From NCBI GenBank assembly GCA_964594215.1, contig CAZQLN010000001.1, positions 103,638-167,637 of the forward strand: DNA of 64,000 bases, written 5' to 3'. A program made the translations under genes and the position numbers. Numbering within the stretch: position 1 is the first letter of the stretch; every line of letters starts with the position of its first letter. The DNA comes from an uncultured Bdellovibrionales bacterium. Its GTDB lineage: Bacteria > Patescibacteriota > Minisyncoccia > Moranbacterales > UBA1568. Shown piece after piece: positions 38,908 to 48,902 of the stretch. The notes below the pieces were generated by a model that saw only the letters and a list, made by a program, of their open reading frames with translations, did not search any database and was not told where the DNA came from.

Positions 38908-40461
38908 TTAGTACATGATAACAGAAATTGGCTGGAGTTTGACTACTGGTTTCACAATTTCATTAGCCACTACACTCTCAATCACATCTTCAGCTCGCTT
39001 GTAGTGAGAAGCATCCTGCTCAATGACTTTTTCTGAACGGCCGTTGTAGAGTTTGACCCCACGAGACTGCATTTTTTGGTGAAGTTCCTCGCGACTCGTA
39101 GGAACTTCAGTATCACTTTTTTGGGTAGCCTTACCGGCACCATGATTACAAGAGTAAAAACTCGACATATTGCCATCTTGCCCGACACAGAGATAGGCTT
39201 CGGTGCTCATAGAAGTCGGTATGAAGGCAGGCTCACCAGTATCCTTGAAAACAGGATGATCGTTCATACGAGCTGGGCCATAGGCTCGACTGGTACCGTT
39301 GCGATGAACCCAAATATTTTTGTCATAATGTTCTTCCTGACTCACCAAAATGTGAGGCATATCATAGAGAAGATCAGCCTCGATCTCTCGGCCCAGAACA
39401 CTTTCTGCAGTGGTGATGAAGTTATGAGTGATAGTAGCGCGGTTGGCATGAGCGAAATTTGAACAGGCCTTACGAGCTTTCATATATAGATCGCCATCGG
39501 GGCCGTTGCCATCAAAAGTAATCAAAGGTTCTTTCTTGCCATGATCTGATTCTCGGATCTTCTTTGCTATGCTGCCTACTATCTGGCGGTAGGGTGTACG
39601 CCAGAAGAATCTGCCGATGTTCATTAGGATAGCCGTGGAGCGGTGTTCACGTTTTTTGGCGGTAAACATATACATGGTGTACTGACCAAGAATACCAGAA
39701 CCGCAATGAACCATGAGGAGGTACTGACCCTTACGTAGATTAAATTTTTCGGCGACAACAGGATCGATAACGTCGGTCACTTTCATGAGGTCGAGAAAGT
39801 GATTACCGGCAGCACCGATAATTCCTGAACGGAATTGTGCAAAGAAGAGAAAGAGTGAAGGGATGATGTTTTTGATGTCGCGACGGCTTGGTGGGGTATC
39901 AAAGAAGTTGCCGCGATCGATACTATTCTCGGCTTCATTTTTAGTTTTGATACCGAGATAGTTTATCAGTGGTGCAATACCAAGACGCAAAATATCGATG
40001 ATGACTCCAAATGGAATAACAGTACCAACGTATTTCTTAGTAGGGACGGTTTTGGTAGCTTCTTGAAAAATAGCGTCTATTTGTTCAGGAGTGATGTTGT
40101 TTTCATCTAAATCCAAGCGTACAAGACGCATACCACAAGCTGGATCAGAGTCATTGACCTGAGGTAGAATAAAATTTTCTGAAGTAACAGTGGTGCCGGT
40201 GGCGTTTTTACGACTCGGCTTAGAATGCACATCGGCCATAGCGGCGATGTGATGGAATATAGCATCATTACCAGCAACACTTTCAAGCTGTAGGAGAGTT
40301 TCTTCTCCGGGCATCAACTTGTCTCCGATATGAAAGACGACAGGCACCTTCATCTTAGGAGTTTGGAATTCGCTTCGGTGTTCGCTTTTTTTGGTAAAAG
40401 AATTTTCAAACATACTAAATAAAAAGTGAGTAGATTTAGAGTTGGCTGTAGATTGATTCAT
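38908..40461 (-). CDS. rtcB: RtcB-family RNA 3'-phosphate/5'-hydroxyl ligase
   Basis: Motifs MADVHSKPS and DPACGM correspond to the MPDVHxGKG and DIGCGM metal-site loops. HRNGTSRAYGP is the HRKGA-type motif, and NHGAGKA carries the nucleotidyl histidine. The start is uncertain, with alternative ATGs at 40413 and 40353. Confidence 0.75.
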   Translation of the reverse strand: MNQSTANSKSTHFLFSMFENSFTKKSEHRSEFQTPKMKVPVVFHIGDKLMPGEETLLQLESVAGNDAIFHHIAAMADVHSKPSRKNATGTTVTSENFILPQVNDSDPACGMRLVRLDLDENNITPEQIDAIFQEATKTVPTKKYVGTVIPFGVIIDILRLGIAPLINYLGIKTKNEAENSIDRGNFFDTPPSRRDIKNIIPSLFLFFAQFRSGIIGAAGNHFLDLMKVTDVIDPVVAEKFNLRKGQYLLMVHCGSGILGQYTMYMFTAKKREHRSTAILMNIGRFFWRTPYRQIVGSIAKKIRESDHGKKEPLITFDGNGPDGDLYMKARKACSNFAHANRATITHNFITTAESVLGREIEADLLYDMPHILVSQEEHYDKNIWVHRNGTSRAYGPARMNDHPVFKDTGEPAFIPTSMSTEAYLCVGQDGNMSSFYSCNHGAGKATQKSDTEVPTSREELHQKMQSRGVKLYNGRSEKVIEQDASHYKRAEDVIESVVANEIVKPVVKLQPISVIMY

Positions 40462-41554
40462 ACTGACGAGCAGTTTGAGTCAAATCAAAGTGCTCTTCGA
40501 CATAGCGTCTGGCGTTTTGGCCGAGTTGTTCACAAATGTGAGGATTATCCTTTAGATAAGCCATTGATTCAGTAAATTTTTCTCCTGAACCGGCCTCTAT
40601 ACTAACACATATTTCAGGGTTCGAAAACTCAGAAAATTCATCCAGATCACTTAAAATGACAGGAGTGCCACAGGCATAGGCCTCAATGATAATAAGAGGA
40701 ACATCGAACTTACCAGCTAGGTTGACTACTGGAAAAGCGATGACGTCAGCAGAGTTATAGAGACTCGGCATGTCAGGCACGGTATCTGAGTAGCCAACAA
40801 ACTTCTCTAAGCCAGCCTGTTTGAAAGATTGTTGTACCCACTCTTTCTTTTTTTGATCAGCTTCATTTTTGATACGGTTAGCGAAAACAAAACGGATAGT
40901 GGTATCGGGATGGCTAGAGAAAAAAGTAATAAGAGACTGAACGAGCATGTCGGTAGCACCGAGACGAGTGTATTCCCCGGGGTACATGACGAGAAAATGA
41001 GTCTCATCGAAACCAAGACTCTGGATGAAGTCAATGTTCTTAGGAGTTTTTTGGTAGCGCTTGAGATCAATACCAGGATAAATACGAGTGACATTTTGGA
41101 AACCAAGATCAAGCAAGCTTTTCTTGGTGCGGTCCGTATACACTACCAAATGATCAGCAAAGAGAAGTGAGCGTAAATCTTCTTGGCTATAAAGATCTTG
41201 TCGTAAGGTGGCGACTGTTTGGAGGGTTTTGCCTCGAGTAGGAAAAGCTAAGTGCTTGATGAGGCGAGTATTCATTTTGGTGGGAGTAAAGATATAGTGA
41301 GTGACATCGAATGAGTCACGAACACTTCTAAGGTAACGAAACAGGGCCCACTTAGCGAAGAGGTCGAAATGGCCGCTTGGAAAAATAGGGATTTGGTTGA
41401 CGCTTTCCTGTAAACCTGCCAAGGGGGTTTTAGTCGTAAGGAGAGAGAGTTTATGTCCATTGACTTCACGACCAAGAAAATAGGCGAAGTTTTTGGAAGC
41501 TTCGTCCCAAGGAGGAACAAGTGGACGAGTAGCGAGGAGAACAGATTTGGACAT
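40436..41554 (-). CDS. glycosyltransferase family 4
   Basis: The C-terminal GT-B domain motif is IIEAYACGTPVILSDLDEF. Confidence 0.7.
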   Translation of the reverse strand: MSKSVLLATRPLVPPWDEASKNFAYFLGREVNGHKLSLLTTKTPLAGLQESVNQIPIFPSGHFDLFAKWALFRYLRSVRDSFDVTHYIFTPTKMNTRLIKHLAFPTRGKTLQTVATLRQDLYSQEDLRSLLFADHLVVYTDRTKKSLLDLGFQNVTRIYPGIDLKRYQKTPKNIDFIQSLGFDETHFLVMYPGEYTRLGATDMLVQSLITFFSSHPDTTIRFVFANRIKNEADQKKKEWVQQSFKQAGLEKFVGYSDTVPDMPSLYNSADVIAFPVVNLAGKFDVPLIIIEAYACGTPVILSDLDEFSEFSNPEICVSIEAGSGEKFTESMAYLKDNPHICEQLGQNARRYVEEHFDLTQTARQYESIYSQL

Positions 41555-41559
41555 AAGAG

Positions 41560-41925
41560 TTATTTGTAATTACGGAAGAGTTCTTGGACCTCGTCTTTAT
41601 GCTTCACACGGACAACGACGTGCTGTTGGGAGAAGCTTTTTTCCGGAGTAATGAGGAGAACCTTGTTTTCTCCGAGAGGCGCTTCGAAGTTACCTTCACT
41701 AATAAGAGTATTGTCACCAAGAATCTGGTAAGAGAAATCTTTGGTTTCAGTATAGTTGGTGACTACAATATCAATATTTCTGTTTCTATCTGGACGGATA
41801 AAAGAAACGGACCACCAGTTTTTGCCTTTTTCAGGATTGAGTTCATCGATACTTCTGTGAAAAAGAAACACAAAAGAGCAAAACAAGAAGGTTATGAGGA
41901 GAACGAGAAGAGCGGACTGTTTCAT
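41560..41925 (-). CDS. small N-terminally anchored/secreted hypothetical protein
   Basis: The 121 aa protein has an N-terminal hydrophobic helix (LLVLLITFLFCSFVFLF). An ATGA overlap joins it to the upstream GT-C gene. Confidence 0.35.
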   Translation of the reverse strand: MKQSALLVLLITFLFCSFVFLFHRSIDELNPEKGKNWWSVSFIRPDRNRNIDIVVTNYTETKDFSYQILGDNTLISEGNFEAPLGENKVLLITPEKSFSQQHVVVRVKHKDEVQELFRNYK

Positions 41926-43886
41926 AAAGAGGTGTTTTTTTGGTAGATAGTGATGTAGCGAGAAGTGTAGATTTTGGAAAACTTTTTGGCAGAGTCAAAT
42001 TGGGCACTATCCTTCACTGAGTCAACAACCACGAAGTTAACTCCTGTTGCTTGGAAACAACGTTCGCCATCTTTGGAGCTAGGGGTGGATATCATATAGA
42101 GGGTACAGTGTTCTCGATCAGGATTTGTCTCGTAGCGACCAAAATAGGCTCGAGAGAATGGATAGCTGTAGCCACGCATGAAGAATAACTTCATCCAGGC
42201 ATCACCAACGATGAAGTTATGATCTTTGACGATACGGTCATCACTGCTGGTGTGGGCGGCTAGAAATTCACTGGCATGTATAGTTGCCACGATAGGCTCA
42301 GCTTTGCTTTCAGTGAGGAGAGAAGAAGAGTTATCGTAACTGCCATTACTAAAAATAAAAACAAAGAGAAAAACCAATGAAAAAAGACTAAGGATGCGTG
42401 GCAGAAAATCACGATAGAGTTTGAGATAAGAAAGAAGGATGAGAAAAGATAAGCTACCAAGTATTCCAATTGGAAAGGAAAGGTAGGCGCCGATACGACT
42501 CGAAGGAATATCAATAAACAAAAGGTCGGGACGAAGAGTAATAAGAAGAAGGATCCCTATCCAGGCTATAAGGAAGCTACGAGCGTAGCCTTTGGTTTTA
42601 GCACCAAAAGCCAAAAAGAAAAGACCTAAGAGAGCAAGTGCTAAACGGGGTGTTCCTACAGAGTTACTGACTTGCTCAAATGTGAGCCCAGTGCGGGTGG
42701 TTCTTGTAGGGGTGCCCACGGCCGTAACGACAGCATTGGTTTCAATGTAAGTGGGCATGGCGACGTAGAAAAAGAAAAGAACACTGGTAGTAATAACTGC
42801 AAGCGGGAATGGTTTCATGAGAAGAGTAAACCAATCTTTGAGAATGGGAAGAAGGTTTCGGAAGTGAAGCGCTAGATGAAGGAGGATGGTAGCCACCAAA
42901 ATGAAGAGGAACATGAAGGTACTTAGGTGGTGAATATAGGCAAGGGTCCAAGAGAATAACAAAGCCAGACCAAGGAAGCGGCTATCTTTGGTGCGTAGAC
43001 CTCGATATAAACACAGAAGAATAAGTGGGATGAAAAGATTGCCAAAGGTATTACCTACCACGCCACCGCTCACAAATTTACTCTGAGGAGAACCAATAGA
43101 ATAAATGGGTCCAAAGAAAAGAAGTGTTACCAAGAAGGCGTTCTCACCATTCCAGAGGCTCTTTTTGAGGCCGGGCAGTTTAATACCGCGTGCCAGATAG
43201 TAGGCAAGAGTAGCAAGGGCAAGAAGGCTCAGGATATTGATCAAATGAAGAAAGAGTACAGGAAAAGCGCTCAGATAACTGGTTGCCGAAAACATTGAGA
43301 TAGCTGCCAAGGTAAGGTGTTCTCCAATGATGAAATCAGCGATTGGTTCGGGTGAGGTAACTCGAAAACCACTCGCCGGGTCACTGACAATGTTTTGTTC
43401 AGCATAGAAGGGGAGATTGCCTGTTTCAGAAATACTTTTGGCCCAATAGAGATGATGGCCAAGATCTGTGGCAGTGGGAACAATGGTGTTACTAAGGTAG
43501 ATCGTCTTAATCAGGAGGGTAGCACCAATGAGGAGCAAAAAAACCAGAGCCTGTTTTTTGGAAAACGTGAAAATATGTTGAGGAGGTTTTTCTTCTTGGC
43601 GCTCTCTACGACTAAGGAGTGAGAAGCAGATAGCCAAAAAGACTGTCAGAAGAGTAAGAAAAACAGAAAGAGTAAGCACGTTGAGACTAATACCCGCCTT
43701 ACCAATAGTGATCATTCCAAAAATAAGGATAGACTGACTAAGAGCAAAAGAAAAACAAAGTTTTTCCCAGAGCGTAAGAATAAGAGAACGTCTCTCAAAA
43801 AGCGCACCCAAAACAAACCAACCAATGATGAAACAAAGGGCAGAAAGAGTTGCTAAAAATGGCAGAAAAGCTGTTGGAAACCACAT
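41922..43886 (-). CDS. large polytopic membrane protein, GT-C-fold glycosyltransferase candidate (YfhO/ArnT-like)
   Basis: The 654 aa protein has about 13 TM helices and a C-terminal soluble domain of about 170 aa. Its architecture resembles the product of 20002..22113. Confidence 0.45.
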   Translation of the reverse strand: MWFPTAFLPFLATLSALCFIIGWFVLGALFERRSLILTLWEKLCFSFALSQSILIFGMITIGKAGISLNVLTLSVFLTLLTVFLAICFSLLSRRERQEEKPPQHIFTFSKKQALVFLLLIGATLLIKTIYLSNTIVPTATDLGHHLYWAKSISETGNLPFYAEQNIVSDPASGFRVTSPEPIADFIIGEHLTLAAISMFSATSYLSAFPVLFLHLINILSLLALATLAYYLARGIKLPGLKKSLWNGENAFLVTLLFFGPIYSIGSPQSKFVSGGVVGNTFGNLFIPLILLCLYRGLRTKDSRFLGLALLFSWTLAYIHHLSTFMFLFILVATILLHLALHFRNLLPILKDWFTLLMKPFPLAVITTSVLFFFYVAMPTYIETNAVVTAVGTPTRTTRTGLTFEQVSNSVGTPRLALALLGLFFLAFGAKTKGYARSFLIAWIGILLLITLRPDLLFIDIPSSRIGAYLSFPIGILGSLSFLILLSYLKLYRDFLPRILSLFSLVFLFVFIFSNGSYDNSSSLLTESKAEPIVATIHASEFLAAHTSSDDRIVKDHNFIVGDAWMKLFFMRGYSYPFSRAYFGRYETNPDREHCTLYMISTPSSKDGERCFQATGVNFVVVDSVKDSAQFDSAKKFSKIYTSRYITIYQKNTSL

Positions 43887-43900
43887 AGAATCTTGTTCTT

Positions 43901-45022
43901 TTATTGTACCTTTCCTTCCTGGTTTGCCAAAGCCGCTACGTATTTTTGGGCAATATAAGACCAGTGATAGTGTTCTTCGGTGTAGAGGGCTGCCTTGGTA
44001 CCAAAAGCGATACGGGCGGTATCACTAGCGAGCAGATCGAGAATAGTCTGTATATAGGCTTCTGTATCACGAGGGGGAACAAGAAATCCGTTTTGTTCAT
44101 GAGTAAGAGCATCTTTGAGACCCTCAAGATCGGAGGCAATAACTGGGCGTTTACAGATAGCGGCCTCTAATACGGTAAGACCGAAACCCTCCATACTGCC
44201 CGGGATAGGGATATTTGGAGAAACGACGATATCGACACTGTTAAAAAGAATCTGCATATGCTCCCAAGGAAGATTAGTAAGGAGTTTCACATTGTCACCA
44301 AGACCAAGTTCTTGGACTGCTTTTTCACAGAGAGGGAAGTAGTCGCTATCACCGGGAGTATTTTTTTTGACCACCGCTCCAGCAGCAACAAAAATAATAT
44401 TTTTAGGTAGCTTTGGCATGACTTCACGGATAAACCACTCGACACCCTTATGAGCGACATAGCGACCAGTACGGAGAATAACGTACTTATCAGTAAGGGA
44501 TATACCGAGGAGTTTCTCGAGTTCTTGGCGAGTAGTGGGTCGGAGGACGGCTTCGGGATCAATACCGTTGTGGATGACTTGAAGCGTTGCCGGTTCAAGA
44601 CCAGCACGAATAGCTGTCTCGCGAGTTTCTTCGCTTACCGTGATGAGACGATCAAGAGTTTTCAGGCAAGGAATATTAACAAGGGCATACATGCGAGCAA
44701 GAAAACCTTCTTTGGTAGCAAAGGTGATATCAAGGCCATGAAGCACAGAAGCAACGGTTTTGTGGGGATAGCATATTTTAAGAACAGCACCAATAGGTGC
44801 CAACACACCGTCACCAAGGAGAATGGTGTCAAACTTACGAGCCTGCCAAAGTGATTGGATGAGTACTCTCGGTAAGAAGAAGGGTAAACCGGTCTTACCT
44901 TTACGATTAGCGATAGTGACAGTTTCAGTGATTTTAGGTAACCACACTGAAAGAGCGTAATTTTGATTTTCGATACCACCAGTGATTGGTGGGTAGGCCC
45001 GTGAGATGAAAAGGATTTTCAT
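43901..45022 (-). CDS. glycosyltransferase family 4
   Basis: The start MKILFISRAYPP and the motif MEGFGLTVLEAAICKRPVIASD are GT4 features. The ATG is at 45022; the ORF is open to a TTG at 45067. Confidence 0.8.
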   Translation of the reverse strand: MKILFISRAYPPITGGIENQNYALSVWLPKITETVTIANRKGKTGLPFFLPRVLIQSLWQARKFDTILLGDGVLAPIGAVLKICYPHKTVASVLHGLDITFATKEGFLARMYALVNIPCLKTLDRLITVSEETRETAIRAGLEPATLQVIHNGIDPEAVLRPTTRQELEKLLGISLTDKYVILRTGRYVAHKGVEWFIREVMPKLPKNIIFVAAGAVVKKNTPGDSDYFPLCEKAVQELGLGDNVKLLTNLPWEHMQILFNSVDIVVSPNIPIPGSMEGFGLTVLEAAICKRPVIASDLEGLKDALTHEQNGFLVPPRDTEAYIQTILDLLASDTARIAFGTKAALYTEEHYHWSYIAQKYVAALANQEGKVQ

Positions 45023-45079
45023 AGTAGATGATTTTGTTAGGGCAGTACGGTTATGCTCTACCACCAAAATCCCAGCAGA

Positions 45080-46030
45080 TTATCGAGAGTATTTGTCTTT
45101 TTTGATTTGGTACATCAGATCTTCAGTAAGGCGACGTGAAGAACGGATCATATCTGCAATAAGGGCAAAGACAAAAAACTGCAGACCGATAAAGAAGAAA
45201 CCAGAAGCGAACCAGAGGTAGTTACGATACGGAGAGATTTTCAGATCTTGGAAGTAGAAGAAAAGAAAAACAAGAAAGAGTACAATACCAAGAGTCATCA
45301 AAAAAAGTCCAGGGATACCAAAAAACTTCATTGGACGGACATCGCGGATAGCGCGAATAATAATTCGGAAGCTGTTGTTGACATAGCTCCAGATGGTTTT
45401 GACGACACGACTTTTGCGCCCCTCAAAGTAGGTGACCATGACGGGAAGCCAAACAATCTTGAGGTTTTTACCAAGGGCATCGATAATCACTTCTTGAGTG
45501 TAGGTGAAGTCTCCTGGGAGATTGAGACGTAGCAGGGTTTCTTTATTATAAGCGCGGAAACCACAGGTAAGATCCTTGATGTTCACATTCATGAATGAGC
45601 CGATTACCTTAGCAGCTACACGGTTGAGGAGATCCTTGAGAAAGGGGATGTTTTTGGCGGCTAGATGATCAAAACGATCAGCACTGACCATATCAGCTTC
45701 ATGTTTGAGAAGGGGTTGGATGAGCTTTTTGATATCCTCAGGATCGAACTGACCATCAGCATCGATATTGACCATGATATCAGCCCCATTTTCCAAAGCT
45801 CGCTCAACGGCATGGCGGAAGGTTTTGCCAATACCACGATTGACACCGTTACTGTAGACAAATTCAGCACCAGCTTCTTTGGCAACCCGAAAGGTGTTGT
45901 CCTTAGAACCATCATCAATCACCTGAACAAATACTTCATCAATACCCTCGATAGTTCGTGGGACTCGCTTGATGGTACTGGCAATTTTCTCCTCTTCATT
46001 GAATGCTGGTAGGTTGACGATGAGACGCAT
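45080..46030 (-). CDS. family-2 glycosyltransferase, ArnC/GtrB-like with C-terminal TM helices
   Basis: Signatures are LIVNLPAFNEEEKI, VIDDGSKDNT and NIDADGQFDP. There are two C-terminal helices. Confidence 0.75.
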   Translation of the reverse strand: MRLIVNLPAFNEEEKIASTIKRVPRTIEGIDEVFVQVIDDGSKDNTFRVAKEAGAEFVYSNGVNRGIGKTFRHAVERALENGADIMVNIDADGQFDPEDIKKLIQPLLKHEADMVSADRFDHLAAKNIPFLKDLLNRVAAKVIGSFMNVNIKDLTCGFRAYNKETLLRLNLPGDFTYTQEVIIDALGKNLKIVWLPVMVTYFEGRKSRVVKTIWSYVNNSFRIIIRAIRDVRPMKFFGIPGLFLMTLGIVLFLVFLFFYFQDLKISPYRNYLWFASGFFFIGLQFFVFALIADMIRSSRRLTEDLMYQIKKDKYSR

Positions 46031-46061
46031 AGAGTTAGATTAAAAATTGAAATGTTGCTTA

Positions 46062-46307
46062 TTATTTATGATTCTTTTGGATAAACAATTCCGGGTCTAC
46101 ACACTTGATATCACAGTGAGCCTTGAGATCTTCGGTGCCATTGTCGAGAAGCTCTTGTTTGCAGCGATCGATTTCTTTTTGGCAGGAAGCTTGGCGTTCT
46201 TGGAGATAGTTCCAGTTGGGTTGATAACCGAAGTAATTAAGGACAAAAGAAGCAACAACGATGAAGCCGGTAACCCAAACAGCAGTACGGATAAGAAACC
46301 AAATCAT
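46062..46307 (-). CDS. small single-TM protein with four-Cys soluble tail, hypothetical
   Basis: The 81 aa protein has an N-terminal TM helix and the cysteine pattern CQKEIDRC...HCDIKC. Confidence 0.3.
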   Translation of the reverse strand: MIWFLIRTAVWVTGFIVVASFVLNYFGYQPNWNYLQERQASCQKEIDRCKQELLDNGTEDLKAHCDIKCVDPELFIQKNHK

Positions 46308-46310
46308 AGA

Positions 46311-47615
46311 TTAACGGCCAATACCACGATAAATGAAAGTGCCTTCATGGGCAACAAAAGCGTCCCGATTGAGGCAGTTTTTACCATCAATAATGGCTTT
46401 AATGTTGTTCTCTATCAGAAGCTCGGGCGTGAGTGATTCGATAAACTCACGGTGATTGGTAGCGATGATGAGGGCATCAGCTTTACCCAGGATTTCTTCG
46501 AGTGACTGAGAAGAAGAGTGTTCTGGAAGTAGTGGATCAAAGGTTTCAACAATACACTTATGATTACCAAGTTCCATAATGATAGTTTCAGCCGGAGATT
46601 CACGGAGATCAGCCACGTTGGCCTTATACGAAAGACCTAAGACGCCAATAGTAGTGTTTTTCATTGGCAGCTCCATTTCATTTAAGGCATCCTGGAGTCT
46701 ATCAACGGTATACAGAGGCATGCCGTCGTTGGTGCTGATAGCAAGTTTGAGGAAGGCGTGGTTGAAGCCGGACTCTTTGGCTCGTTCAACCAGGTAGTGA
46801 GGATCAACTGGGATACAGTGACCACCGACACCACATGATGGATAATGAGCCATAAAAGCAAACGGCTTGGTAGCAGCCCCATCGATCACATCTTTGACAT
46901 CGATGTTCAAACGATCAAAAGAGCGAGCAATTTCATTGACGAAAGCGATATTGACGTTACGGAAAGAGTTTTCCAGGATCTTAACGGCCTCAGCCTCACG
47001 GATGTGTTTCATGGGACGAATCTCAGCATCGATAATAGAGGAGTAAAACTGGAGAGACATCTCGAGACCGGTCTTCTCGAAAGAACCGACCACGCGAGGA
47101 ATATTGGTCACGTTCCATTTTGGATCTCCTGGATTGATACGTTCAGGACAGTGAGAGATGAAAATATCCTCACCAATAGTGAAGCCATGTTTTTCAAAGA
47201 TAGGCTTAATGACTTCCTCGGAAACGTATGGATTGACAGTAGACTCGAGAACGACGAGGGCACCTTTCTTGGTATGGCTGGCTACCATCTCAGTGGCTCC
47301 AATGACTGGAGTGAGGTCAGGATGACGGAGCGCATCTACGGGGGTAGGGACAGCAATCAGATGGACATCAGCATCTTTGATGTCACTCGGATCAGAGGTA
47401 AGGGCATGGAGAGGGAAGAGGGCGAAGTTTTCTTCGAGGTACTCATCACTAAAAGGTTGTTTGCCTGACTTAAGGAGAGCGATTTTTTCTGCATCAATAT
47501 CTACACCGATCACTTCGTAACCTCGTTCTTGGCAGCGTACGGCCAATGGAAGGCCTACATAACCGAGACCAATTACTGAAACTTTCTTCAAATCAAAAGA
47601 GTTTGTTTCTTGCAT
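46311..47615 (-). CDS. UDP-N-acetyl-D-hexosamine (ManNAc/GlcNAc) 6-dehydrogenase family, WecC/WbpA-like
   Basis: The Rossmann motif is KVSVIGLGYVGLPLAV and the catalytic cysteine motif is CGVGGHCIPVDP. The start is placed at the ATG at 47615; the ORF is open to 47669. Confidence 0.75.
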   Translation of the reverse strand: MQETNSFDLKKVSVIGLGYVGLPLAVRCQERGYEVIGVDIDAEKIALLKSGKQPFSDEYLEENFALFPLHALTSDPSDIKDADVHLIAVPTPVDALRHPDLTPVIGATEMVASHTKKGALVVLESTVNPYVSEEVIKPIFEKHGFTIGEDIFISHCPERINPGDPKWNVTNIPRVVGSFEKTGLEMSLQFYSSIIDAEIRPMKHIREAEAVKILENSFRNVNIAFVNEIARSFDRLNIDVKDVIDGAATKPFAFMAHYPSCGVGGHCIPVDPHYLVERAKESGFNHAFLKLAISTNDGMPLYTVDRLQDALNEMELPMKNTTIGVLGLSYKANVADLRESPAETIIMELGNHKCIVETFDPLLPEHSSSQSLEEILGKADALIIATNHREFIESLTPELLIENNIKAIIDGKNCLNRDAFVAHEGTFIYRGIGR

Positions 47616-47742
47616 AGATTTTCTTAGGTATAACCCCTCCATTGTATAAAAAAGGCTTCCAAAAAGCAAATAAGGTTTTTCCTATAGGAGAACCCTGCTT
47701 TTCTTTTTAAAAAATTTAATCACGCTTTCTTTTTTTAAATGC

Positions 47743-47748
47743 TATACT
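47743..47748 (+). promoter_or_regulatory. -10-like TATACT hexamer 8 nt upstream of the GT4 start codon (possible leaderless transcript)
   Basis: It lies in a divergent intergenic region. TATACT at 47743-47748 precedes the ATG at 47757. Confidence 0.25.
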
Positions 47749-47756
47749 ATATCTAT

Positions 47757-48902
47757 ATGCGCATAGGAATCAACGCATCTTTTTTACGTAAACCAGGAAC
47801 TGGCATTGGCCAGGTGACTTGGCATTTTCTCCGAACACTCAAAGACTTACCTGAAGCCGAGGGGCACCAATTTTTCTTGTATACGGAGACAGATTATGAA
47901 GGGGAGAAATGGCCAGAGAATTTCCATATCAAAACCATCACTTCTTGGTGGAAACGTGATGACGAACTTCGTAAGTATTTATTCGAAGCCCAAGCCCTAC
48001 CACGTGCAGCACAGACGGATAAGTGTGATGTGGTTTTGTCTCTGTATCAGAGTGCTACGATTCTGACCACTATCCCGCACCTGGTAGTGGTGCACGATAT
48101 AATTCCGGAAATTTTTCCTCAATACCGAAGCACCTTCCGTAAGCGCTTTTTTTGGAATCAGGTAAAGAAGGCTCTTATTGAGGCGAGTGGTTATATCACG
48201 GTTTCTCTTCACACCAAAGAGGATCTTGTGAAGTATCTTAAAATAGATCCCAACAAAGTGACCGTATGTTTACCGTCGGTTGATCCAATTTTTGAGAAAG
48301 AAGTGTGTTTGCCAGAAAAAGCCCGGGTAGTTATGAAGTATAGTCTACCTGAAAAGTTTATTTATCATGGTGGGGGACTTGAGATCCGTAAGAATACGGA
48401 GTTGGTGTTGCGGGCTTATAAAGTTTTGACACAAATCATGCGAGAGAAAGAACTACCACGGCTAGTGATTTCTGGCACCATCTACAGTCAAAGAAACCCA
48501 CTAGCTACTCCCGTCAAGAAATTGATTCAGGAGCTTGAGCTTGAGGACAAGGTCTTACTCCTTGGCCATGTACCTTTAGCTGAACTGCCAGCTCTCTATG
48601 CTTTAGGAGAGGTCTTTATTTATCCTAGTCGCTATGAAGGATTTGGTTTGCCAGTTCTTGAAGCGATGAAGGTGGGTGTGCCAGTGATCACTACTCGAAT
48701 AGCCTCTTTACCTGAGGTGGGTGGAGAGACGGTTTTGTATACACATCCAGATGATAAAGAAGCCTTAGCTCGTTTGATCAAGAAAGTGCTCCATGAGGAT
48801 GCTTTACGTACGCAACTGAGTAGGGGAGGTAAACAGGTGGCTCAAAAATTCAATTGGATATCTTTTACTCAAGGTGTACTTGGGGCTATTCATAAATTAT
48901 GA
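47757..48902 (+). CDS. glycosyltransferase family 4
   Basis: The start MRIGINASFL and the motif YEGFGLPVLEAMKVGVPVITT are GT4 features. An upstream ATG at 47739 would add MLYYIY. Confidence 0.8.
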   Translation: MRIGINASFLRKPGTGIGQVTWHFLRTLKDLPEAEGHQFFLYTETDYEGEKWPENFHIKTITSWWKRDDELRKYLFEAQALPRAAQTDKCDVVLSLYQSATILTTIPHLVVVHDIIPEIFPQYRSTFRKRFFWNQVKKALIEASGYITVSLHTKEDLVKYLKIDPNKVTVCLPSVDPIFEKEVCLPEKARVVMKYSLPEKFIYHGGGLEIRKNTELVLRAYKVLTQIMREKELPRLVISGTIYSQRNPLATPVKKLIQELELEDKVLLLGHVPLAELPALYALGEVFIYPSRYEGFGLPVLEAMKVGVPVITTRIASLPEVGGETVLYTHPDDKEALARLIKKVLHEDALRTQLSRGGKQVAQKFNWISFTQGVLGAIHKL

